Shown in pieces: positions 33,852 to 46,954 of a stretch of DNA of 64,000 nucleotides (position 1 is its first letter; the number at the start of each line of letters is the position of its first letter). The stretch covers positions 2,232,001 to 2,296,000 of the forward strand of contig JANHCV010000003.1 of the NCBI GenBank assembly GCA_025594325.1, given 5' to 3'. Origin of the DNA: Blastocladiella emersonii ATCC 22665. Its lineage: Eukaryota; Fungi; Blastocladiomycota. The position numbers were made by a program, and so were the translations under genes. The notes under the pieces were generated by a model that was not told the origin of the DNA, ran no database searches, and worked only from the letters and a program-made list of their open reading frames with translations.

Positions 33852-36800
33852 ATGACGAAAAAGAAAGGAAAAGCTAATGGAACTCGCCGCAACGGCAACG
33901 CGAACGGCAAAGGCGCCAAGTCGGCTCGCTCGTGGCTGCCGCCCCTTTACGACGGCAAGGTGCGGCCGCCCCTGAGCTGCCTCGCGCGGATTGTCGACGA
34001 GCGGGCCGACGTCTACCGCCCGTACCGCGGCGTCCTGCCACGCAACCTCTTGCTTTATCACGACACCGTGCCCAAGGACGATGACGACGAGGAGGAGCTC
34101 GACGTCCTCGTCTGCGGCTGCGGCGACCTGCGCGACGTCATGCAGTCGCTCATCGACGCCCAGTCCAACGACTCGCATCGACCAATCCACTTCTTGCTCA
34201 ACGACATTCGTCCCGAGGTCCTTGCGCGCAACTTGCTTATCTTGCACGCCCTTTCGGAGCTGTACAAGGAAGAAGACGACGAATATGGGCTTGCCGCCCT
34301 CATGGGCCAGCTTTGGTACTCGTCCCTGCTCGAACCGGAAACCCGTGTGTTCTGGGACGACCAGATGCGGCAGTGCCTCGCCAAGGACTGGGTCAACTCT
34401 TCCGCCCAGCTCCGCGTTCTCGACGACGAGACGCAACGCGCGATTCGCCACTGCTGGCAGTCGTGGCTCAATGTCGACTGGACTGTCGAGACCCTGTTCG
34501 AGAAGCGGCGGACCTTCATGCAGTCGCACCCGGACCCCGCCGTTCGCGATGCCGATCCGGCGGCTACTACCAGCACGTACGTGCAGCGCATCAGGAAGGA
34601 TTTTGCTCCAAAAATGGGCTTCTCAAAGGCGGCCCAAGTCGCTTGCAAAGTTGAACGGTACGCGTCGACCAAAACCTACTTGGCCAACGACACGCCGCGC
34701 TCTTCGCTCGTTGTCAACCCAACCATGCTTCCCGTCCGCGCGGACGGCTCAGTCTACTACGCTTTGGACCCCAAGCTCTTCCCGTTTGAGTTGATGGAGT
34801 TGGATTTGGACCTTGACAAGTTTGACGACCAGCTCGTGTATGAACTCGACGCTTACGCGGCGTTTCTTGGCACGGCTTACGGCCCCAGCTCGGAACGGAC
34901 TTCCTCAATCACGTTTGCGACCAGCCACGCAGTGACCTTGATGGAGGAGCTCGCTGCTGATCCAGCCAAGCGCTTCGACGTCATCGATACGTTGAACCTG
35001 CAGGACTCGGTCGGTCTTCTCAGCCTTCTCGTCCATGGCTCGGTCCTCCTCAAGCCCGGCAGCTACCCGGAAAAGCAGTCGCTTCTGCTCACTTACACAA
35101 CGCGCATGGACCGGGTCTCAGATTCGCGCGACAAGTACCTCTCGACTGTCACTCGCCTTCCGCTCAAAGCTTTCCCAACCCTCTTTGGCCTCACCTTGCT
35201 CAAGTTTCCTGGCTACGGACACTGGTCCAACCTCCTGCAGTCATCGGCCTGGTCTGCTAGCCAGCTTGAGCACAAACGCTACCAGTACTTTACCTTTGCT
35301 CGGCTCCCCACGCCGAACGTTCCCATTGCTCTCAACGAGTCTGACTTGCTTCGCAATGCGCTTTGCAAGGCGCCTAACGTGAACTTGGTCCTCGTCGGTA
35401 CGGGATCGACCGCCTGTGATGTGCATCAACCTGTTACTCACAACAAATTATCATGTAGATCGTTCGTTCCATTCAAATGCGCTGCTTCCCAAGCTTCTTG
35501 CCTACGCTTTTGCTTCGGGGCGCCTGACGTGGATGGGCTCAACTCCGCATCAATCAACTGTGTGGCCCGCCATGGACAGCTTCCACCCCTTCACCGCCTC
35601 GGAGGACTACTCGTTCCTCTATGGCTTCCACGCCGATTCGGTCCCGCTTGAGCATTTCTGCCGCATAGAACTTACGGTCCAAGCAACAAACCTGAGTGGT
35701 GCCGAGGTCCCGCTGCCGTCCTTCCTCGTCATGGAGCTTGTTGCGGGGGCAGTTACCCATCGCCTCGACGCTCTTGTCGTTGAACCCGTTCCCGACAATC
35801 CGCAGCTTCTCCGCGTCGCTACCTACCTCCCCGCAGTCCCTTTCGCAAATTACCAAAACATGGGCGCCAAGGTCAGCGTGTACCGTGAGTACCTCGTGCG
35901 GGACGAGCACTCCGAGTCGCGCTCCGTCGTCAAGCGCGAGCTCATCAGCGGCGCGCAGCATGTCCCGCTTGACTCAATCACCGTCACCCGCGTTCCAACC
36001 GCTCCGCTGCACGCTTCGCTTCGCGGTACCATGCTTTTGAACGGGTCTTTAAACCAGGTTCCCAGTGGCTGGTCGCTTCCCGTGATGCGCGCCGTTGACC
36101 TCGAGGACGGTGTTAAGCTTGAGCTCGAGCTTCTGCCAGGCAAAGAGGCAGCAGAAATCCATGGCCGTCTCAAAGTGACGGTGCACATTGACCGTGGCGC
36201 CGTGACACTTTTCGTGGATGGCGTCGCCCAGACCATGCGTTTGCCCGCCCACGTCCAGATCGCTTCCTTGCAGGTTGACTGCGAGCACCGCCGCGTCACG
36301 CTCTCACTTGCTCAAATTCTTGCGCCGGCGCACACGCAGCTTGGACTTGTGCGCCCTCGTGTGCGGACGGACCTGGCCAGGATGTCTCACCCAAAATCGG
36401 TGCGAATGCAGATGGCGCTGGATCGGACCTTGGCGCTTGATCCTGAAATGCCACCCAACCCGCTCTACTTTGAGGCAAGCTTGGTTATGAGCTCGCTTCG
36501 TAACGTTTTTGAAATTTTCAAGCAGACCTTGCGTGTCTACTTGACCTGCGAGGGGAAACTGGTCGCGTTCCTCGTTTGGAACCGGCGGCACTACATTGTT
36601 CTGCCCGCGGGGCCCGGTCATGACTCGTCGCCCGCTGCAGAATGCAAGTGGTTTCACAACAACAGCCGCGGCCCAAACGACCCGTTCGATCTCTCGTTTT
36701 GCGGAATCTTGGGTGCCGTTGCCGAGTATGTTCATGACAACGGGTCCGACAAGACGGTCGGGACCTTGGACTTCCCCACTCGTCGGATGTTTTTCCACTT

Positions 36801-36972
36801 CTCTGAAGCTGTTGAGCTGTGCGTCGTTCCTGACACCGACGTCTTCGTCGGTCACGGCGACCACAACGCGGACGCCGATGATGACGAGTTTTTGATCTTC
36901 TCGCGCAAGTACACGCGCACAGTCATGCTTACGCCGCTCTTCCCGTGGGCGCCTATGCTCTCGTTCGCCTAG
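33852..36972 (+). CDS. DUF4470-family (SAM-methyltransferase-like) protein, copy 1 (~1019 aa); intron 35398-35458
   Basis: LDVLVCGCGDLRDV, FLLNDIRPEVLARNLLIL and RFDVIDTLNLQDSVGLLSLL match DUF4470-family motifs as I recall them. The phase-1 GT-AG intron joins ORFs 33774-35651 and 35416-36972 in frame. Confidence 0.8.
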
Positions 36973-37356
36973 GCGTGACCCTGCTCCATTTTCTTTGTAT
37001 TGTTTGTCCTGTTCATTGTTCCGTAATTGAACTTTTTCTCTAATCCTATCGTCGCTGTCAAGTTTCGCCCAAAGGACATCGTTCACAGCGTGCCCCAGCG
37101 CGTTCGCTTGAAACCAAACTCATCTGCAAAACTCCCATCGAGCAACGTGGTTCTTGGTGAATATATGAATTTCGACTACAAATGCATGATGCCGAGCCAA
37201 GCTCAGGGTCCTGCGACGCGGTCCAGGACACGCGAGACAACTTGACGCGCCTGACAGCACCGCACGTGAGTGGCGCTTCCGCCTGACCTCCCAAGTCGGC
37301 GAGTGGGCCCTTCACTTCACGCCCCCTCCGTGTGATGCATTTCCCGTAACACCGCC

Positions 37357-40300
37357 ATGAAAACGAATGGAACTTGCGGCAATGGTCCGCCGCCAACGCC
37401 GCCATTGACTTGCCAGACGGCCATCAGTGACGAACGCTGCGAGGATTTTTCGCCTTTCCGGACCGTCCCTCCGCGGGATCTCTTGCTCTATCACCCGCCG
37501 CAACCGGCCTTTGGCTTCCTTCCCAACGGATTCTCTTACGACGTGCTTGTCTGCGGGTGCGGGGACCTGCGCAACGTCGAGCGGACCGTCAGCGACGCGC
37601 GGGCCAAGGGCACCACGGCCGGGATCCGCTTCCTGTTGAGCGACAAGCGTCCCGAAGTCATCGCGCGCAACTTGCTTATTTTGCACGCCATCTGCGACCC
37701 GGACTTGGATCGGCCGGAGGATGGCTTCGCGCGGTGCGTTGTCCAGCTCTGGTACTCGCTTCTCCTCGACCCGGACGTGCGCTCATTTTGGGACGCGCAA
37801 ATGCGCAAGTGCCTCGCTATCGAATGGTTCGACTCGTCGAGGAACCTGCGCGTCATGGATCCCGCAACCCTGACCGCCGTTCGCCAGTGTTGGCGGGCGT
37901 GGCTTTGCGTCGACTGGTCCGCCGAGAAACTATTTGAGGAGCGCAGCCAGTACTTGCGGTCCCATCCCGACCTGGCGGTCTCCGAGGCGAACGCGGCGTC
38001 GATTGCGGCCGACATTGTTGGTTGTGTGCAGGAACGCTTCGGGGCTTACCTCAAGCGCTTGCAAGCTGGGCGTGTGGCGTGCGCAACCAAACGGCACGCA
38101 CAGCACAACGTTCCGCTCGCTTCAGCGTGCACCCAGGAACCTGTCGCGATCAACCCGACCATGCTTCTTGTGCGTCCCGATCGCTCCGTTTATTATGCTC
38201 TCCAGCACGGCGTCTTGCCGTTTGAGTCGGTCGACTTTCGCGCGGATCTCGAGCTGCCCAAGGATGCCATGCTTCGCGAAGTTCGCGCGTGGATTGACAC
38301 GCTGTACGCGGCGTTTGGAACGAACACAACCCCGACCAATTCGATTTCCTTTGCCGTCGGCCACGCCGTGACGCTTATGGAGCTTCTCGCAGCAGTTCCG
38401 GAGCGACGCTTTGACGTCGTGGATACAGGCAAGCTGCAAGACTCCATTGGTCTTCTCAGCCTCCTCATCCACGGCTCCGTTCTCCTTAAGTCGGGCGACT
38501 ACCTGACCCGCCAGTCGCTCTTGCTCACGTACTCGACGCGCGTCAAGTCGGCCGAGGCTAGATCGCAAGACACTTACCTCGAACGCGTGACCGGCCTTCC
38601 ACTGCAGCTCTTTCCTACGCTATTTGGGGTCGACCTCCTCGAACGCGGCAGCAGCCATGACAGCCCTTGCTTGCACCTTCAGCCCTTTTCGTGGAGTATC
38701 GACCAGCTCAAGCAGCAGCGTTTCACCTCCTTCACTTTTCACCGGCTCCAGTCACCCACCGTACCCATTGCCTTGAAGGAGTCGCCGTTTCTTTATGATG
38801 CTCTCAAGACGCTGGCGTTCAAGTCGATGGAGCTTTCATTTGGTACAGTACCGCTTACCCACTCTTGCACACTTGCTCGCCGATGGCTTTAACTAACCAA
38901 CCCGCTTCACTTGCCTTTATAGATGCCCCGTCACGGATTGAATGCATGCTTCCTAAACTCATGGCTTTCGCGTCAGCCGCTGGCCGAATCGTCTGGTCGG
39001 GCTCTATGCCGTATTCGTTGCCAACCTGGCCGATCATGAACGACACGAGTCTCGTGGCAGCCGTTGGTAACGTTGCTTACATGTACGGCTTCCACCGCAA
39101 GGTCACGCTCAAGGAGCGGGACCAGCTCGACGATCTCTACCGCGTTGAGGTGATCATTCCCGCAACGGTCACTTGCGAATCACCCACGTCCATGCACGAG
39201 CGCCACCTCAGCTTTGAGCTTGTCGTTGGCGACTTTGCCCGCCAACTTCACGGCTTCGTCGTGGAGCCCTTCCAGCGGGATCCGCGTTTCGTGCGGGCCG
39301 CCATCTACTTTCCCGCCTTCATGATCGACAGCATTCCCCATGACGGCGAGATTCACGTTTACCGCGACAACATCTTGCTCCCGGATAGCACAAATGGGCT
39401 TTGCGAGCCCAAGGTCGAAAGCATTTTGATGGCGACCGAGTCAATCCACAAAATGATCGTCGGCAAGATTCCCGGCAACTCCTTCCATGCTGCCTTGCGT
39501 GGTGTGATCTGCTTGCGGCAGCAGGATTTGAGCACCAACTTCTGGTCGCTCCCTGTTGTTTCCGCTGCTGACCTTACGGGCAGGATCGAGCTTCTCTTGG
39601 CACTCCCGCCGGCCAAGGCGGCGGCTCAGTTTGCACTCACTCCCAAGGGTAACAAAAGCTTGCTCCGCGGCGCGGCGGCTTTCATGGTTGACGGGATTCA
39701 GCAACTCATGCGCCTACCGTCCCCCGTGCGCATCACCAAGGTCTTGGCTATGCGGAAGCAGGGACGCGTCAAGCTACTTCTCAAACGCATCCTCGCCGCG
39801 GGTGACCCAGCTGCCGGCGTCGTGCCGCCTGCCGTCGAAGTCGGCCGCTTTACCCAGCACTCGGCTTCGAGTGTGCCCATCCAGCTTGCTCTCTCGCGGG
39901 TCAGCGAGCTTCAGGCCACCACCTTTCACGACTTGGTACCCAGTGACGCGCATATCGGAGCAGAAAAGCTCATGATCGGACTGCGGCTCATCTTCATGTC
40001 ACTCTTTGAGCAACGTGCTGGATTGCTTGAAATCAAGTCCAGCGAGTCTTCCGCGGTGCTCGGCCTCATCATTCCCAACCAATGGGTGCTTGTTCCGCCC
40101 ATGGGGCCAGGAATGGACGCGACGCTTGGCCTCGAGTGCTACGCGACCTTCCCGTTGCAGACAGCCCTGCAAGCGGACGACCGTTCTGCCGCGGACCTGC
40201 TCAATTCAGCACGGGCTAACTTCACGTACGTCGCGGGTACAGGCCCTGCCGACTGGCCCAACGTCGCCGTCGTCAACATCAACGACCAGACTTGCGTTGA

Positions 40301-40463
40301 TCTTTACCACGCGTGGGCTAAGGCGGGAGCCCGAACCAAGCGCTGGTTGCCGCTGACCGACCCGCGTTTCGACCAAGAGTACTTTCGCAAGCTGCGTCTG
40401 CACCTGCATGACGTCCTGCTTCTGCCCGCGTTTCCTCTGATTTCGAAGGCCTCGATCGTCTGA
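37357..40463 (+). CDS. DUF4470-family protein, copy 2 (~1008 aa); intron 38843-38922
   Basis: YDVLVCGCGDLRNV, FLLSDKRPEVIARNLLIL, RFDVVDTGKLQDSIGLLSLL. Same intron position and phase as copy 1. Confidence 0.8.
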
Positions 40464-40709
40464 TCGCCCTGAGATGTTCGTCGTCGCGTCTGTGCGTTTT
40501 GAACAAGTAATTGAGCTGGTGTATTTTTTTTTGTTGAATTGTTTTGCCTGTAAGCATAGCAGCGCTCGCTGCGAGGCTCGCCTGACCCGGAAACGCGTGA
40601 TGATAGCCGTGATCGAGGACGATGGGAGTGGCAGGTGGCTGGTGGTCTCTTCCTCGATCGTCAAGTTGCGACCGGACCTCGCTGTCGCTGTCTCGCACTT
40701 GATGAAAAC

Positions 40710-43700
40710 ATGGCAAAAAAGAAAGGGAAAGCTAATGGAACTCGCGGCAACGGCAGCGAGAAGCGGCCCGCATCGACATCCTCGACGCCTCCGCCCCTTT
40801 ACGAAGGCAAGGCGCGGCCGCCGCTGACTTGCCTCTCGCAATTCCGTGACGAGCGGGCCGATGTCTACCGCCCGTACCGCGGCACTTATCCTCGTAATCT
40901 CTTGCTTTATAATGCCACAACTTCAAACGGCGAAGACGACGAGAATGTGGTCAACGTCCTCGCCTGCGGCTGTGGCGACCTGCGCGACGTTGGGCACACG
41001 CTCGGCGACTTTTTGGCTTTTGACGAGCCTTTTCGGATTGAGTTTTTACTCAATGACATCCGCCCCGAGGTCCTTGCACGAAACTTGCTTATCATTCATG
41101 CTATTTCCGAGCTATACGACCCTGACGAGTGGGAGCCGCTTGCTACCCGCGTCGGCCAGCTTTGGTTCTCTCTCCTGCTCGACCCGGATGTGCGCGCCTT
41201 CTGGGAAGAACAGATGCGGCAGTGCCTCGCCAAGGACTGGGTCAACTCGTCCACCTCGTTCCGCGTTCTCGACGTCAAGACGCAGCGCGCGATTCGCCAC
41301 TGCTGGCAGTCGTGGCTCAAGGTCGACTGGTCTGTCGAGACTCTGCTTCAACGGCGACAGGCATTTATGCGATCGCACCCGGACCCCGCCATTCGCGATG
41401 CCGACCCAACGACGGCCGTCAGCGCTTACATGAACCGTGTGCAGCGGCGCTTCGGTAAATATTTAGGGCCCTCAAGTGCGGCCAGGACGACCTGCAAGGC
41501 CGAACGCTTTGCGGAGACCCATGCCTATTTCACCAGTGCTTCGCAACGGTCGCAGCTTGTTGTCAATTCGACTATGCTTCTCGTCCGCACAGACGGTTCG
41601 ACCTACTATGCCATCGATCCAAAGCTCTTCCCGTTCAACTCCATGGATATTTATGTCAACGAGGATTTTCTTGCGCCTGAGATGCTGGCTCAGGTTAATA
41701 GTTTCCTAGCGACTTTCGGCAGGGCCTGCGATCCCAACTCCGACTTTTCAGCCTCACTCACGTTCGCGGCTGGCCACGCGGTGACGCTCATGGAGGAGCT
41801 TGCGGCCGATCCCACCAAGCGCTTCGACGTCATCGACACGGCGAACCTGCAGGATTCGGTCGGCCTTCTCAGCCTTCTCGTCCACGGCTCGGTCCTCCTC
41901 AAGCCGGGCAACTACCCGTCGAAACAGTCGCTGATCCTCACGTACACGACTCGCATGGACCGGGTCTCGGATTCGCGCAACGAATACCTTGTGCAGACCA
42001 CGCGCCTTCCAGTCGCGACGCACGCGACGCTCCTCGGGCTTGGGCTTCTCGAACATCCCAGCGACGACCACTGGACCAATCTCCTGCAGCCCTTTGCGTG
42101 GTCCGTCGACCAAATTGAACATCAGCGCTACCAATACTTTACCTTTTACCGGCTCCCCACGCCGTCCTTCCCCGTTGCTCTCGAAGGCTCGACGCTTCTT
42201 CGAACCGCGCTCACTGCCCTTGACAAACGGGACAAATATTCCTCTGATAGTATGTCGCTCACACGGCATCTGACGGGTCTCGTTGCTAACAACTATGTTG
42301 CTGCGCCTTGCGTGGTTTGGGTGTAGATTCCGTGCTCCAAACGCGAACGAAATGTTCTCTCGCGCTGATTCCCAAGCTCATCGGGTTTGCGTTTGCATCT
42401 GGCCGGCTTACTTGGTTGGGCGCAGCTCCCCTCGACTCGACCACTTGGCCATTCATGGAGGGCTTCGAGTTGTTTCTGCATTCCTCGTTCTACGCGGACG
42501 CCTACGGCTTCAATGCACACCTGGGCAAGGGAGTTGTTGGCTCGCCCGACCACTTATGCCGACTCGAGCTGACGATCAAAAGCGGCGCTTTGCCGTTGTC
42601 GCGTCGGGTTGCTTCAGCCCTCTCACCGCCTTGGTACCTGGCCATGGCGATCAAGGTTCCAAGTAACTCGGGACCGGACTTCCACCGCTTAGATGGACTT
42701 GTTGTTGAGGAAGTTCCGGACGATCCGAGCCAGCTGCGCGTTGCCGCGTACCTCTCATCCAAAACGCTCAAGTCAATGCACAGCCTGGCCACAGTTGCCG
42801 TGTATCGCGAGCGCGTGACATGGCGCGGGGGCGAGCTTGGATCGGACGGGCAGCGAACTGGTCTCATTCCTGACGTGGAACGCGAACTCGTCAGCGGCAA
42901 GCGCGTGATGCTCAACTCGATCGCCGTGACCCGCGTCCCCGCCGACCACTTGCACGCCGCATTCCGCGGCGTCATTCAATTGCGAATGCCGGCGATTTCT
43001 CGTGACTGTTTGCTTCCAGTGATTCACGCTTTTGATCTCAACACTTGTATCAAGGTTGATCTCGAGCTTCCGCCTGGTACGGGGTCAGAGGCGGTTTGTT
43101 ATGGTTTTACCCGTGGCACTGTGACAGTTTTTCTTCACGGCGTCGCTCAGACCGTGCGGCTACCTTCGCATGTTCAGGTCGACAAGGTGCCGATCTCATA
43201 TGCGCTGAGTCGCGTCCGGCTGATTCTGCACCGCGTTCTTGTCCCAGCTCACAAGCAGCTCGGACTTGCACGCCCGCACGCGCTTGTGGGTCAGCGCACG
43301 GTGTACCCGCTGACTTCGACCCGCATGCAAATGGCGATTGATCGCGTCCTCGCGCTGCGACCTGATATGCAGGCTGATGGCCCATTCTACGCACCAAAGA
43401 TCATCCTCGGCACTTTTCAAATGATCTTCCAGTTCGCGTATGACGTGTCGCTCATGATTGTCACGTCCGACGACGGGATTTTGGGCCTACTTGTGCTTGA
43501 CCAGTACTCCCTGGTCCCGCCCACGGGTCCCGGCTTTGACGCGACGCCTGCCATCGACTGCTTTTGGGTGTACGACCACCGCCGCGACCCCGACGATCCG
43601 CACGACCCGGCTCTCTCGGCCCTCTTTGAAATGGCAGTCGAGGATTGCGCTGGGCTTGGCTTCAAAACGGGCGCGCTCTTCATGTCCAGTAACCGTGACT

Positions 43701-43870
43701 TTGACCTGTTTGTGGACGCAATGCGGGAGGAGGGTCTGGAGCGCGATACGGAGGTCCCCATGATGTACCCGCATTTCAGTCCCAGCATGCACGCCAAGCT
43801 TCGCCCGTACATGCACTGGGCGCTGGTTTTGCCGTGGTTCCCTTGGGCTCCACAGCTGTCCATCCCGTAA
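40710..43870 (+). CDS. DUF4470-family protein, copy 3 (~1027 aa); intron 42250-42326
   Basis: VNVLACGCGDLRDV, FLLNDIRPEVLARNLLII, RFDVIDTANLQDSVGLLSLL. Same intron position and phase; N-terminus MAKKKGKANGTRGNG shared with copy 1. Confidence 0.8.
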
Positions 43871-43945
43871 GCACACGAGTTCCAGTTGTTTTGTTCTTCT
43901 AGTTTTTTTTTTTTGTTGAATTGTAATCGTAGTTTATATTTGTCG

Positions 43946-45886
43946 CTACTTTTGTTGCCGCTGAGCTCCGCCAAACGACACCTCGAGCGCCTCGGCGCGG
44001 TCGCGGAAGAGCGGGCACATGGCGGGCACGACGCGGACGGGCAACACGCACGAGAAGACGTCGACGTCAACCTGCGGCTCGCCGACGAGACACGCGGACC
44101 GCTCGTTGGCCGCGGAGAGCTTGAACTGCGACCGGTCGAGGTGCACGCGCGTGACGAGCTCGACGCGGAGGTGGTAGTTGAGGGAGACTACACCCGCGCG
44201 CGTAGATGATGTTGGGTGAGTGGAAACGCACGCGCGATGGAAGCGAGTGCGAGCGTACCGCCAGTGGTCGCGAGTGTCGGCGACACGGACTCAGGGACCA
44301 CAAGCTCGAACGGTAGCACCGCGAGCGACGTGACGTTCTCGTGCACGTGCGAAATGAGCTTGGTGGTCAGCGACTTGATCTGCTCGGGCGTGCGCGCGGC
44401 AACTGAGGACTCGACAAATTCGGACGACTCGAGAAAAATGGAGACCTAGCAGCGTGCGAAGTGTCAGTCACGCGTGATTCGGAGCTCGTGAAGCAGCGAA
44501 CCGTACCCGATGTGTCGCAATCGCCGCGTCCCGAAAGTCCACGACCCCCGTCAGCGTGTCGCCGAGTCGGAACAGCGTGCGGCGCAGCTTGAGCTTGGCG
44601 ACGCGGCCGTCCTCGCGAGCAATATCGAAAACGACTACACGTTGGCGCTCGAGCGGTTAGTGTGCCTTCAACGAAGCGAACTGCTACAGGAACGCGTACC
44701 GCTCGGCGAGCGAAGCACGAGCTCGTTGACCTTGCGCATCCAGCCGCCGTTGACGAAACGATCGACAAAGTCACCGCCGCTGATCCTGCTCGCGCCGCCG
44801 TCGTGCAAGTCCTCGTCGTCGTCGGGATCAATGGCGCAGGCATCGTCGAGCGACTTGAGAAAATCGACAATCTCCTCGTGACTGCGCGATGCGACGATCC
44901 CGGTCCGCGCGGGCGGCTCGGTGTCGCCGCCCTTGCCCGACGGACCGTCGGTGACTTTGGCGACGTCGCGAACCTGGACGACGGGCGCGAGCAGGTCGTA
45001 GCACGGCGCATGCCCGTCGTCCTCGAGCGCGGGGAACAGGCGGAACGGCGCCTGCACCGTGACGGGCGGGGTGGTGGGTGCGGCGACGACCTGGGCAACC
45101 GCGCGGTACGAGACGCGGAGCGCGCGGCCGCCGCGAAATGTGGGCGGGAGCTCGAGCGGGAGCAGGCACGAGTACGTGTAGCTCTTGGACTCGCCCGGCG
45201 CGAGCGTCAGGTTGACAAAGAGGACGGATTTCGCAGACACGAAGACGGGGTACTCTGGCGGAATCGGTGCAGCAGTCGAGTGAGGTTCGAGGGCGTGCAC
45301 GATAGTGCACCGAGTAGGTCATACCGTTTGGAGTAAACAAGGTGCCGAGTGTGGCGGCGTGCTTGCGCACCGACTGCAGCAGCGTGGGCTGAACAAACTG
45401 CGGGTCGATGGCGAACGCGCCGAGCAGCTGGACGCTGCCGAGGAACATGGTCACCGGTCCCGCATGCCTTGGCCGCGAAAAGGCCTTATTCGAAGATGAG
45501 TCGGACGAGACACCTGAGCCGGAAAGGGAGACCCTCCGCGACGAGGCGAGCGAGAAGAGCGAGCCCACGTCGGACAGGGGCATCGACGAAGTGGGCGAGC
45601 CCGACGTCGCGTAGGCGTTGCTGGACTGCGAACCGAACAGCGCGGTTGCGCTCGAGCTGCCCGTTGGGCTCACAACGTTGGCCTGCAGCGGCGCCGCACC
45701 GAGTCCCGGCCCCGCGTCGATCCGCGACTGGCTTGACGCGCTGCCAGCCACGGACGACTGAGAGCCATAGCCGTAGCCGTCGATTGCATCGGGTAGCGGG
45801 TTCGTCACGGTCACGGTCAGCGCGAGCTTCTCGCCCGCGAAGAAGACGCCGCGCTGGTCGAGGGTGACTGTCACGCGCAGCGGCAT
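43946..45886 (-). CDS. RGP1: Rgp1 (subunit of the Ric1-Rgp1 GEF for Ypt6/Rab6); multi-exon (intron 45255-45324; others near 44.2-44.7 kb not resolved)
   Basis: N-terminal VTLDQRGVFFAGEKLALTVTVTN; MFLGSVQLLGAFAIDPQFV; YPVFVSAKSVLFVNLTLAPGESKSYTYSCLLPLELPPTFRG; C-terminal VDVFSCVLPVRVVP. These match Rgp1 architecture as recalled. Confidence 0.78.
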
Positions 45887-46207
45887 GGCTAGATGTCGTA
45901 GCCCAAAGGCAGATGCATCAAGTTTCGTAGGTGCGCAAGGGCGTTGGACCAGCAGGACGAGAGAGTGAGGTTCGGCAGCTGTGGCGGCCCGGGCGGCCCA
46001 GCGCGAGCTCTGGACGCGTCCGCATGGCACCGCCCGGTCACGTTTGGAGCAAAGTTGGCGAACGAGGACGCGGGGCGGACGTGGGGCGGCGCCAGCGTCG
46101 CTCCACGTCCGATTGGTCGTGTATGAAGATGGAGAGGCCCTTTCTTGACCTAACGCAGTCCTTTTGGACGCAAAAACGGAAGCGAGGGAGAGCTATAGGA
46201 CGGAAAA

Positions 46208-46279
46208 GGGGACAGCCGGGGTTCGAACCCGGGGTCTTCTGCACCCAAAGCAGACGCGGTACCGCTTCGCCACAGTCCC
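46208..46279 (-). tRNA. tRNA-Pro (anticodon UGG), intronless
   Basis: The reverse complement GGGACTGTGGCGAAGCGGTACCGCGTCTGCTTTGGGTGCAGAAGACCCCGGGTTCGAACCCCGGCTGTCCC-C folds into a cloverleaf. Anticodon stem TCTGC/GCAGA with loop TT-TGG-GT; T-arm CCGGG-TTCGAAC-CCCGG; discriminator C; immediately followed by TTTT (Pol III terminator). Confidence 0.92.
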
Positions 46280-46954
46280 TTGCCCCTTGCACCACAAACA
46301 TCGTGTCCCATCGTTCAATCTGTTGCCTTGAATCACCTCTCAAGTGCCGAGGAGCGCTGAAACTGACGCGATCATGGCAAGGATCACTCGCGGACCGGAC
46401 CCCTTGCGTCTGCCTCTCGCTCACGCCGTGCTCGGCTGCCGATCCACATCACATCCCTAGTGCGAGATGGACGACTTCTGAAGAGTACATGTCAGCGCTC
46501 TCCCGAGTCAGCTGTAGGGGTTGGAGGTGCTCGTTGATGCGGTGCCGCGCAGCACAAGCACTCGCGCGACTCGCGACTCGCGACGCGACGAAGCCGCCGG
46601 GGTGGTCGTCACTCCTGGCCGCCGTTGACCGAAACTTGAACCTGCCCGCCTCATTGGTCCCGACTCTCGTCGAGCGGTTGACCGGATTCTACTTTGTCGC
46701 CATGGACCGCCAAGATAATCGGTTCGAGCGACGTTGGTGATTGCGCTCATTGCTGCAAGAGTGTGGGGGAGACGAAAATGACGCCTTGCTGTGGCGCAAC
46801 GCGTCGCGGCTGCGCCTCAGTCGCGTCTCACGTCGCACTTTCCCACGCGCGCGGGCCGCTCGGCCGGACGCGTCGCGTCCCTATCGCACGCACTCTCCGC
46901 AACCAATACACCGCCCGACTGGATACGAGCAGCACACTTGCAGCACTGACTACC

